This document shows positions 26,502 to 34,391 of a stretch of DNA of 44,845 nt, one piece after another. How positions within the stretch are numbered: the first letter of the stretch is position 1; every line of letters starts with the position of its first letter. The notes under the pieces are model-generated. The model had not been told where the DNA came from and ran no database searches. It was given only the letters and a program-made list of their open reading frames with translations. The stretch spans positions 1-44,845 of the forward strand of contig JAFGNW010000230.1 in NCBI GenBank assembly GCA_016926795.1. The letters run 5' to 3'. Made by a program: the position numbers and the translations under genes. Source of the stretch: Candidatus Zixiibacteriota bacterium. GTDB lineage: Bacteria > Zixibacteria > MSB-5A5 > GN15 > FEB-12.

Positions 26502-26759
26502 ATTATAGAGCTTATTATCTTAGTTGAGAGGGGAATATTTCAAATTTTTTCGGGAGGAGGTGGTAAAAAAATAACATTTTTTTCTTTTTACGTTTCTATT
26601 TACAGTAACATTCATTACTCGTTATCGAAAATCAATCTAAAGTAGAAGCAAGTACGTTTTCTTTAGTTCGTCAGCAATGGCGGTCAACTATTCGAACTCT
26701 GGAAGCAACCGTTTATTCAAATATATAAAATTAAACGCGTAAAACATGGAGGTGGTTTT

Positions 26760-28976
26760 ATGAAATTTAAAGCTTTCCTCGCCCTCATATGTTTTTTCAC
26801 GTTGGCCTGGACACCGGTTCTGGCCGATGAGGGCGGCGCTAAAGACACCGTGGACATGGTTATTACCGTGATGCCCGATTCCGCCCTGGGACAACTCAAC
26901 GTCCAGCTGGAGTTGTGGGTTTTTGACGATGACGACACCCTGAACGGTGCTTCGATGGGTTTCGGCTGGGACAACCCCAAGATGCAGATGACCGGCGCTG
27001 TCGCCGGCCCCGGGGTCAGCGGTTTTATAGCCCCTGTCTTTTTTGACAACAATGACATCGACTGGGCCAACGCTAATCAGGTGTTCTGCTTTGTGGGGTT
27101 ACGCCTGTTCACGCCTGGTGTTTGGCCTAACCCGACCAGACAACTCTGGGCGACTTATAACGCCACCGTTACAGCTGACTGGAATACATCGGATGTCATT
27201 CACATCGACACCTTCGCGTATAGTTCCGGGACCAAGTATAAATTCGTCAGCTCCACCCGGGACGATTACTATCCCTACTGGACCGGCGCAGTCGATGTTT
27301 ATAATTACATGGACAGCGACAATGACGGTCTCCCGGATTACGAGGACAATTGCCCGCATAACTATAATCCCGGTCAGGAAGACGGAGATGGCGACGGGGT
27401 GGGCAACCTCTGCGATAACTGCCCCGGAACGCCCAACGAGGAACAGGTCAATTCCGACGGTGATAGTTACGGCGATGCCTGTGATAACTGCCCGGCCGTC
27501 ACCAACGAGAATCAGGCCAACAACGACGGGGACAATTATGGTAACGTTTGCGATAACTGTCCGGACGACTCCAACAACGACCAGGCCGATTCGGACGGCG
27601 ACGGGGTGGGCGATGCTTGCGATTTGTGTCCCGGTTACGACGACAACCTTGACGCCGACAACGACAACATTCCCGACGATTGCGATAACTGTCCGGCCAA
27701 TTACAACCCCACCCAGGCCAACAACGATGGAGATGAGTTCGGCGATGCCTGCGATAACTGCGATTATGTCACCAATCCCGGCCAGGAGGACGGCGACGGC
27801 GATGGGGTGGGCGATGTCTGCGATAACTGTCTGACCATACCCAACACCAACCAGCAGAACTCGGACGGGGACAATTACGGTAACGCTTGCGATAACTGCC
27901 CGTACGACGCCAACAACGACCAGACCGATTCGGACGGCGACGGGGTAGGTGACGCCTGCGATTTGTGTCCCGGCTACGACGACAACCTTGACGCCGACAA
28001 CGACAACATCCCCGACGATTGCGATAACTGCCCGGCCAATTACAACCCCACCCAGGTTAACAATGACGGGGATGAGTTCGGCGACGCCTGCGATAACTGC
28101 GATTATGTCACTAATCCCGGTCAGGAAGATGTCGACGGCGACGGAGTGGGTAACGTTTGTGACAACTGCCTCGACGTACCGAACACCAACCAGCAGAACT
28201 CGGACGGCGACAGCTACGGCAACGCCTGTGACAATTGCCCCTCCACCACCAATGAGGACCAGCTTAATTCCGACGCCGATAGCTATGGCAACGCCTGTGA
28301 TAACTGCCCCAACGAGGACAATGAGGACCAGCTCAATTCCGACAGCGATACCTACGGTAACGCCTGCGACAACTGCCCGACCGTCACCAATCAGAGTCAG
28401 ACCGACGGCGACGGTGACGGGGTGGGCGATGCGTGCGATATCTGCCCCGGTTATGACGACAACGTCGATACCGATGCCGACAGCCATCCCGACGGCTGCG
28501 ATAATTGTCCCGACGACTACAATCCCGACCAGGTTAATTTCGACGGCGATTCGATGGGTGACGTCTGCGACCCGGATGACGACAATGACGACATCCTTGA
28601 CGATGGCGACCTGAGCGGCACCATCGGCGACAATTACTGCACGGGTGGAGAATTCGAGAACTGCGATGACAACTGCCAGTTTGAGCAAAATCCCGACCAG
28701 GCCGACAAGGATAACGACAGCATCGGGGATGCCTGCGACGGCTGCTGTATCGGGGTTACCGGTAATGCCGATTGTGACGGGAACCAGATAGTGGATATCG
28801 TGGATATCACTTATTTAATCAGGTATCTTTATGTGGAACCAGGGCAATTTGAATTATGCTGCGACGAAGAAGCTGATGTTAACGCTGACGGCAAACCCAA
28901 ACCCAATATTTCCGATATTGTGAGATTAATTGATTACCTCTATATTAGTCACGCTCCTTTGCCCGATTGTCCGTAA
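26760..28976 (+). CDS. Secreted thrombospondin type-3 repeat protein with N-terminal cohesin-like beta-sandwich and C-terminal dockerin-like domain
   Basis: GGAGGT RBS and signal peptide ..VLA/D. About 20 repeats of D.DGD..G(D/N)ACDNCP...N..Q. Tail from 28743: CCIGVTGNADC..VDIVDITYLIRYLY..CCDEEADVNAD..PNISDIVRLIDYLYISHAPLPDCP. Confidence 0.9.
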   Translation: MKFKAFLALICFFTLAWTPVLADEGGAKDTVDMVITVMPDSALGQLNVQLELWVFDDDDTLNGASMGFGWDNPKMQMTGAVAGPGVSGFIAPVFFDNNDIDWANANQVFCFVGLRLFTPGVWPNPTRQLWATYNATVTADWNTSDVIHIDTFAYSSGTKYKFVSSTRDDYYPYWTGAVDVYNYMDSDNDGLPDYEDNCPHNYNPGQEDGDGDGVGNLCDNCPGTPNEEQVNSDGDSYGDACDNCPAVTNENQANNDGDNYGNVCDNCPDDSNNDQADSDGDGVGDACDLCPGYDDNLDADNDNIPDDCDNCPANYNPTQANNDGDEFGDACDNCDYVTNPGQEDGDGDGVGDVCDNCLTIPNTNQQNSDGDNYGNACDNCPYDANNDQTDSDGDGVGDACDLCPGYDDNLDADNDNIPDDCDNCPANYNPTQVNNDGDEFGDACDNCDYVTNPGQEDVDGDGVGNVCDNCLDVPNTNQQNSDGDSYGNACDNCPSTTNEDQLNSDADSYGNACDNCPNEDNEDQLNSDSDTYGNACDNCPTVTNQSQTDGDGDGVGDACDICPGYDDNVDTDADSHPDGCDNCPDDYNPDQVNFDGDSMGDVCDPDDDNDDILDDGDLSGTIGDNYCTGGEFENCDDNCQFEQNPDQADKDNDSIGDACDGCCIGVTGNADCDGNQIVDIVDITYLIRYLYVEPGQFELCCDEEADVNADGKPKPNISDIVRLIDYLYISHAPLPDCP
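27519..28196 (+). repeat. Tandem 339-bp (113-aa, five-repeat) intragenic duplication
   Basis: GATTCGGACGGCGACGGGGT at 27588 and 27927. The CDLCPGYDDNLDADNDNIPDDCDNCPANYNPTQ block occurs twice, 339 bp apart. Confidence 0.9.
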
Positions 28977-29000
28977 ATAACTGACAACCCCCTAAAAATA

Positions 29001-29038
29001 AGGCCGTTTTGTAATCCTGTACAAAACGGCTTTTTTTT
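29001..29038 (+). terminator. Intrinsic terminator between convergent genes
   Basis: AGGCCGTTTTGTA-ATCCTG-TACAAAACGGCTT followed by a T run. Confidence 0.8.
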
Positions 29039-29055
29039 ATTATAAAATTCAGAGC

Positions 29056-29478
29056 TCAGAATAAATATAACACCCGGTGACTATCTTTATTGAACCGAAC
29101 CGGTCTTATTTTCACATAGGCGTTGTCCCTCCAGGCTTGATTGGTATCCGCCGTCCGGTTGTTACCGCCGCTGGCGCCAATCTGAAATAATTCGTCGAGG
29201 CAGATCACCACGTGAGAAGCACGGCCGGTCTTATTAAGAGTAAAAAGCAGAGCGCCTTCACACGGCTTATCAACTACACAAGAACTGAATTTATGCATGA
29301 GGCTATCGGCCGTGTAATCATCGTTTTCGTCCAGGTAGCCGCCCGATTTCAGACATTCGACAACAAAACCGCTGCAGTCAAACCCGGACGGGTCGTCGCC
29401 TCCCCAGACATACGGCGTTCCCAGGTAGGAAAGAGCCGTATATACAAACCATTTTCGAGCCCGGTATTTTTTATCCAT
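29056..29478 (-). CDS. NlpC/P60 family cysteine peptidase (stand-alone)
   Basis: SYLGTPYVWGGDDPSGFDCSGFV (catalytic Cys) and downstream SHVVI (His). Confidence 0.88.
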   Translation of the reverse strand: MDKKYRARKWFVYTALSYLGTPYVWGGDDPSGFDCSGFVVECLKSGGYLDENDDYTADSLMHKFSSCVVDKPCEGALLFTLNKTGRASHVVICLDELFQIGASGGNNRTADTNQAWRDNAYVKIRPVRFNKDSHRVLYLF

Positions 29479-29579
29479 AACAGGGTGTACTTTTTGGTAA
29501 TCACCACAACTTAACCGTTTTTTGGGGGGAACTTTGCCGCCTTATTTTCATTTTAATCATAGGAAAAGGAGTCTTAGCT

Positions 29580-29801
29580 ATGGATAATAACAAGATTAAA
29601 CTGAGTATTACCGGTATGACCTGCGGCGGTTGTGCCGCTGCGGTCAAGCAAGCCCTGTTAACTGTTCCCCGGGTCAGCGCGGTGGAGGTGGACCTCCCGA
29701 CCAAAACCGCAACAATAACCTTTTCCGGCGCCGCTCCGACTTCTAAAGAATTGATTGATACCGTCCAACAGGTGGGTTACGCTGCTTCTTTATCTGACTG
29801 A
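29580..29801 (+). CDS. Heavy-metal-associated (CopZ-like) chaperone
   Basis: LSITGMTCGGCAAAVKQAL..V.VDL....ATI...GY. AAGGAG RBS. Confidence 0.9.
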   Translation: MDNNKIKLSITGMTCGGCAAAVKQALLTVPRVSAVEVDLPTKTATITFSGAAPTSKELIDTVQQVGYAASLSD

Positions 29802-30677
29802 CCTGGACTTCGCCGGTTTACGTTCCGAGTACCACACCCCGGTCAGAACTAAAAGCCCGCCCAGGGCGGTGAACAGACCGAAGGATTCGTGTAAATACGG
29901 CACCGCCAGAGCGGTGGTAGCGACCGGCATCAGGTACAGAAAAATCCCGGCCCTGGCCGCGCCTATGCGTTTCACGCCCTCCTGCCAGAACCAGTGTCCT
30001 ACCGCCAGCCCCAGCACGCCCAGGAATATCAGGGCTAACATCGGCTCCAATGGCAGCAGGAATAGTTTCGACCAGCTCGAACCGCAGCACATATAACCGA
30101 ACATTACAACTGCTGACGGCAACAGCACCGCGAAAGTTACCACCAGCGGGTCCTTCCGGCGCACAACATCGCGCACGGCAATTGTATAAAGAGCCCAGGT
30201 GTGCGAGGTCGCCAGAACCAGCCAGTCCCCCACACTGGTCAGCCAGTCGAGATTGAGCAGATTGCCCCTTGACATCAGAAACACAATCCCCGTCGTGGAA
30301 ATCGTAATACCGAAAACCCCTCGCCACCCGAGTTTTTCCCTGAGAATCAGGTACGACATGAGGGCCATCACCAGCGGCGTTACTCCCACAATCCAGCCGG
30401 TGTTGGTGGCGGAAGTGTATTTCAGTCCGAGTATCTGCAAAAACAGGTGAGCGGTCATAATCAGGCCGCCGATTATGAGCTGGTTTTTCTCTTTCCGTGT
30501 GAAATCGAAACGAAGTTTTTTAACCCGGATGATTATAAACAATACCGGCAGCGCCAGAAGCAACCGCAGGCCGAAAATCTCGAAAATGTTTAAATACTCG
30601 AGAACAATTTTGGTGGCTACGAAAGTCCATCCCCAGAAGACGACGCACAACAGCAGAAAAACCCGCGCAGCCGTCAT
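29790..30677 (-). CDS. EamA/DMT family transporter
   Basis: About 10 TMs. FWGWTFVATK, GLKYTSATNTG, LILREKL, GDWLVL, LHESF. Confidence 0.9.
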   Translation of the reverse strand: MTAARVFLLLCVVFWGWTFVATKIVLEYLNIFEIFGLRLLLALPVLFIIIRVKKLRFDFTRKEKNQLIIGGLIMTAHLFLQILGLKYTSATNTGWIVGVTPLVMALMSYLILREKLGWRGVFGITISTTGIVFLMSRGNLLNLDWLTSVGDWLVLATSHTWALYTIAVRDVVRRKDPLVVTFAVLLPSAVVMFGYMCCGSSWSKLFLLPLEPMLALIFLGVLGLAVGHWFWQEGVKRIGAARAGIFLYLMPVATTALAVPYLHESFGLFTALGGLLVLTGVWYSERKPAKSRSVR

Positions 30678-31567
30678 GAGGTCTGTCCGATGGGTTTGAT
30701 TTTACTGAATTTTTCCGAGAGATAAACGCCGAGACTGATTAACACCGCCCCGAGCAACAGCCAGACGGTAATCCTTTCACTGAGCAACCACCAGCCGGCG
30801 AACATGGCCACCAGCGGCTCGACATACAGAAAAACGCTTACCTCGGCGGCTTTGCTCCGTTTCAGACCTTCCGACCACAGCCAGAAAGCAATAGCCAGGC
30901 AGAACACGCCCAGGAAAACCAGGCTCAGGTAGGTTTTACCCTGTAGGGTCAGGAATTTTTCAAAGCCGGTGGTAAAAAGAGTATAGGGTACGAATACCAG
31001 CCCGGCGATAGTGACCATCCAGAAAGTCGCGACCAACGGGTGAACCTCGCGGGTGATGTCGCGAGTGCCGACAGTGTACAACGCCCAGGTGCCACAGGAA
31101 GCCAGGAGCAGCAAATCCCCGCGGGAGTCGAGCCAGCCGAGATTAGCCGGGTCGCCGTTGTAGGTCAGGATAAATACGCCCGCAAAAGCCAGCATCAGCC
31201 CGCCCCACTGGGAAAAGCGCAGGGTTTCCTTTAAATAGTAATTGGCCAGAAGCGCCACAAAAATCGGCGCCGCGGCCAAAATCCAGGCGGCACTGGAGGC
31301 GGCGGTTTCTTTCATCCCCACCGCCATTATCCAGAAATGCAGGAAGACAATAAACGCAGCCAGGAGCAGCTTGAAGCGTTTGTGGGGGGTTTTAAACGGC
31401 AGGCCCTTGGCTTTGATGATTATAAAAAGCGTCACCGACGCCAGCAGAAAGCGCACCGCGATCATCTCCACCGGGCTGACCTCGTACAGAGCGACTTTTA
31501 TAGCCACAAACGAAAAACCCCAGAAGAGAATCGATATAAGTAAAAAAAGTGAATTCCTGTTCAACAT
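30674..31567 (-). CDS. EamA/DMT family transporter
   Basis: FWGFSFVAIK, AVRFLLA, YLKETL, GDLLLL, LYVEPLVA, LLSERIT. ATG at 31567. Stop overlaps the next start (ATGA). Confidence 0.9.
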   Translation of the reverse strand: MLNRNSLFLLISILFWGFSFVAIKVALYEVSPVEMIAVRFLLASVTLFIIIKAKGLPFKTPHKRFKLLLAAFIVFLHFWIMAVGMKETAASSAAWILAAAPIFVALLANYYLKETLRFSQWGGLMLAFAGVFILTYNGDPANLGWLDSRGDLLLLASCGTWALYTVGTRDITREVHPLVATFWMVTIAGLVFVPYTLFTTGFEKFLTLQGKTYLSLVFLGVFCLAIAFWLWSEGLKRSKAAEVSVFLYVEPLVAMFAGWWLLSERITVWLLLGAVLISLGVYLSEKFSKIKPIGQTS

Positions 31568-31753
31568 CAGACCGCCTAAACCTAAAGTGGAACACAAGAT
31601 ACTATTTGTCAGGAAGAATACAACAGAAAACAACGGGAAAAGTTTCCGGGGGATTTTTAGCGACCATCCACATTATCGTTGACAAATCCCGACTTTTTGA
31701 TTTATCAATATCAGGAATAACAGTAAATTCAATTTTATAGGCAGGGAAATATA

Positions 31754-32341
31754 ATGAGAAAAATAATTGCGTTATTACTGGCGGGGCTTTTGATAATTCC
31801 GTTTGGCTGCAGCGATGATGATGATGACGATACCAGCATCAAAGTAATCATGCCCCTCGCAGTCGGCAACCAGTGGTCCTATCGCAGCTTTGTTCAGGAC
31901 AGCCTGGGTGTCCAGAGGGACACCACTTTGTTGGATTTGACTATTTACAATGACACTGTTATTAACGACATCCACTGGTACATCACGACGGATGAGTACC
32001 CCTATAAAGTAAGCTCGCTGATCGCTCACCGGGACGATGGCCTGTGGGCTTACGGCCCGCCGCCTTATTTGATTATCAAGTACCCGGCTGAAATTTTCGA
32101 TACCTGGACTACCCCCGGCGGGGCGTATGAATACAAGCTGACCGCCAAAGGGGTGATACTAACCGTGCCGGCAGGGACTTTCTCCTGTTACAAGTACATA
32201 AGCCATGCCTCCGGCAGCGAAGATTCGACCCTGAATTATTATGCCCCCGGTTACGGCCTGATAAAAAGCCGCTTCTGGCTGGACGACGGCACCAAAGAAG
32301 AGCGCATCACCGAGCTTTACGACATGATATTGATACGGTAG
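31754..32341 (+). CDS. Lipoprotein with TVPAGTF motif (DUF3108/TapB-like beta-rich fold)
   Basis: Lipobox PFG-C followed by an Asp run. MPLAVGNQWSY, LTVPAGTFSCYK, YYAPGYGLIK. Confidence 0.78.
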   Translation: MRKIIALLLAGLLIIPFGCSDDDDDDTSIKVIMPLAVGNQWSYRSFVQDSLGVQRDTTLLDLTIYNDTVINDIHWYITTDEYPYKVSSLIAHRDDGLWAYGPPPYLIIKYPAEIFDTWTTPGGAYEYKLTAKGVILTVPAGTFSCYKYISHASGSEDSTLNYYAPGYGLIKSRFWLDDGTKEERITELYDMILIR

Positions 32342-32356
32342 ATTAATAAATAGTTT

Positions 32357-32383
32357 GCAGGTCGATACCCTTGCGGTTTCGAC
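32357..32383 (+). repeat. GTAG-type REP hairpin, family 1 (degenerate copy)
   Basis: GCAGGTCGATACCCTTGCGGTTTCGAC, 24/27 identical to the copy at 33401. Confidence 0.75.
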
Positions 32384-32396
32384 AGTCGCAGTTTCA

Positions 32397-32512
32397 TAGA
32401 TTGGGTTCTGAGTCCGCAACAGCGGACGAAAAACCCGACAAGCTCATTTCATCTTAAAAAGCCTGATGTCGGGTTTCTCATTTCGCTGCGCTCAATCCGG
32501 AACCCCAATCTA
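32397..32512. repeat. Inverted REP doublet (REPIN-like), family 2
   Basis: Outer inverted repeat TAGATTGGGTTC/GAACCCCAATCTA and inner AAACCCGACA/TGTCGGGTTT. One arm contains TGAGCGCAGCGAA. Confidence 0.7.
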
Positions 32513-32975
32513 ATTTACTTATCCGATAAAAAAGGCTTGGCAAGTCATCATCTATTTTAGATATATAAATATCAATTTCTTCATAGAATAAATCCCAAAA
32601 CGCATTATTATCTATATTATAATGAGCTAATTTAATAAATTCTAAATGGGTATTCGGAATATTATTATTCTCATTTATTATAAATTTAGAAAATCTATTT
32701 TTATCATCAGATAAAATCTTCAACGCAAACAGTTGAATCAAAATCAATCTTCTGACATATTCTCTCATTTGAGAATAACTAAGATTTCGTTTACCTGGCC
32801 AACGACTTATATTATCGAAAATAGTAGGTGATTCTTTTTTCCCGTGTGCTATAGTACATCTAATATCGTAAATATTATCTGCAAGGTTTTTTATATAATC
32901 CTGCTCTTCATTATTATTCGAGAGAAATTTAGATAATCGATTACAAAATTTTTGTGAAAGGCAGATGTCCTCATC
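32478..32975 (-). pseudogene. AT-rich remnant of a HEPN-like (RxxxxH) domain gene
   Basis: NLADNIYDIRCTIAHGKK. Strongly AT-rich relative to neighbours. The ORF-track start runs through the SRP RNA and its terminator, so no credible N-terminus is present. The last ~11 codons are REP sequence. Confidence 0.6.
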
Positions 32976-32981
32976 TGCCCA

Positions 32982-33011
32982 ATAAAAAGCCCCTTTGTAA
33001 AAAGGGGCTTT
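32982..33011 (-). terminator. Terminator of the tRNA-Ala/SRP RNA transcript
   Basis: AAAGCCCCTTT-GTAA-AAAGGGGCTTT with a T-rich tail on the minus strand immediately after the SRP RNA. Confidence 0.8.
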
Positions 33012-33017
33012 CATTTT

Positions 33018-33282
33018 GTGCACCCACCTCCGAGCCGCGCTCAACCGGCGCTCCGGACAGCCGGCTCAGGCCGGGCTGACCCGCAACACACATCAGGAAC
33101 TCCTTACCGCTGCTACCTTCCGGTCCTGACGGGATTCGGAGGCTGATGTTGTACGGGACCCAACCCTCAACACCGCTTATCCGTCGCCACCGGACGGCTA
33201 CCGCACCCTCGGGTGGGAATTCGACCCCGGTATAGCGGATTCCGGGTTACAGGGCACCGCTAGCTCCCCGTCTAGCACTCAA
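33018..33282 (-). ncRNA. ffs: Signal recognition particle RNA, large bacterial type with Alu domain
   Basis: 5' GTGCTAGACGGGGAGCTAGCGGTGCCCTGTAACCCGGAATCCGCTATACCGGGGTCGAATTCCC resembles the Bacillus scRNA Alu domain. S-domain GTCAGGACCGGAAGGTAGCAGC. 3' GGGTGCAC pairs back to the 5' end. About 265 nt. Confidence 0.95.
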
Positions 33283-33311
33283 ACCTTGACGGTTTGTACC
33301 TAAATTTATAA

Positions 33312-33384
33312 TGGAGCAGATCGGGATCGAACCGACGACCTCCACGTTGCGAACGTGGCGCTCTCCCAACTGAGCTACTGCCCC
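33312..33384 (-). tRNA. tRNA-Ala(CGC), CCA not encoded
   Basis: GGGGCAGTAGCTCAGTTGGGAGAGCGCCACGTTCGCAACGTGGAGGTCGTCGGTTCGATCCCGATCTGCTCCA. G3-U70 pair, anticodon CGC, followed by TTA. Confidence 0.97.
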
Positions 33385-33400
33385 AAACTTTAATTTACCT

Positions 33401-33563
33401 GTAGGTCGAAACCCTTGCGGTTTCGATGTTTTAACAACTGTCGAAACTCTACGAGATTTCGACCTACAAATATTTAACTTGTCGAAACCATAAAGGTTTC
33501 GACCTACAAAAATTAAAACCTACAAAAATTAAAACCGTCAAAAGCACATGGCTTTTGACCTAC
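33401..33563. repeat. Cluster of four GTAG-type REP hairpins (family 1) plus a 16-bp tandem duplication
   Basis: GTAG-GTCGAAAC-N7-GTTTCGAC consensus at 33401-33427 (+), 33440-33467, 33481-33507 and 33537-33563 (-). ACCTACAAAAATTAAA occurs twice at 33502-33533. Confidence 0.85.
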
Positions 33564-33633
33564 TAAAATCAAGCTACAGGTTTATAGGATAATAAATAAT
33601 TTCCCGAAGGCAACTGATTTTTAAGACAGGCTC

Positions 33634-34212
33634 TTAATTCAAAAACATGATCCCCACCCGGACCTGCAGGAACGGGCCCAAAGTGATGTCGTATTCTTCG
33701 TTAAAGCACTTCGGCGCCCCCCAGATTGCCGCCTCCCCGAAAAAAATATATTTGCTCTCGGTAAAAAAGACCATCTCGAACGAGCCTTTCAAAGTCAGAT
33801 ACTGCGTCCGTTTCAAATCGCCGATATGCCCCAGGTCAGCCAGGCCTATGGCTATCCCGGGCTTATAGGCAATTTTTGCCCTTTTCCGATAATAAACCGG
33901 TTTCAAACCCAGGCTCAGGTTGACCATCGCCTCCCGTTCCTCGAAAAACTGGATATCCTGGAAATCAATCATGACCCCCCAGAAGAGATAGTCGCTGACG
34001 ACAAAATCAAAATAGAAGCCGCCGGAAATCCCCACCCGGGTCTCGTATTTCTCCCCGTTCACCCGGGCTGAACCCAGATTGTTTATACCCAGCTTCATGC
34101 CGAAATGGGTCTGGTGCCATTGAAATTTCTTTTTGACCAGGTTGCCCGAGGCGTTGGCAGCCAGGGGTAAAAACAGGATAATAACGATTATCCATTTAAA
34201 TCGATTGTTCAT
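33634..34212 (-). CDS. Small outer-membrane beta-barrel protein (OmpA-like/porin family)
   Basis: Signal peptide ..ANA/S, FGMKLGIN, alternating beta-strands, C-terminal LQVRVGIMF. Confidence 0.7.
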   Translation of the reverse strand: MNNRFKWIIVIILFLPLAANASGNLVKKKFQWHQTHFGMKLGINNLGSARVNGEKYETRVGISGGFYFDFVVSDYLFWGVMIDFQDIQFFEEREAMVNLSLGLKPVYYRKRAKIAYKPGIAIGLADLGHIGDLKRTQYLTLKGSFEMVFFTESKYIFFGEAAIWGAPKCFNEEYDITLGPFLQVRVGIMFLN

Positions 34213-34391
34213 TAACTCCCGTTCTTTCAATAAAACCGAGCGCAGTTTAAATATAAGCCGGATGTCGAAAAATAACGCATAAAAAAACCTCTATAATATT
34301 GACGCAGGCGAAGCGTAAGTGTGATAATAAAAAAACAAAAAGTCGGAAAATATGATTCACAATCGTCGGTCGATTGCTTATATTGGCGTTT

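Noticed and set aside
26406-26645. 79-aa ORF between the pseudogene and the thrombospondin gene
   Set aside because: TTG start inside the previous gene, AT-rich, and it overlaps a clear promoter.
27519-28196. Diversity-generating retroelement template/variable repeat pair
   Set aside because: Differences between copies are not adenine-specific, both copies are in frame, and no reverse transcriptase is present.
27043-28688. Thr-rich alternative-frame ORFs and a 529-aa Val/Ile-rich antisense ORF
   Set aside because: Artefacts of GAC/AAC-rich thrombospondin repeat codons.
32397-32512. Integron attC site after the AT-rich ORF
   Set aside because: No RYYYAAC...GTTRRRY boxes and no integrase; the arms resemble REP sequences.
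33401-33563. Mini CRISPR array
   Set aside because: Mixed orientations, gaps of only about 12-30 nt, variation inside the hairpin loop, no cas genes; fits REP elements.
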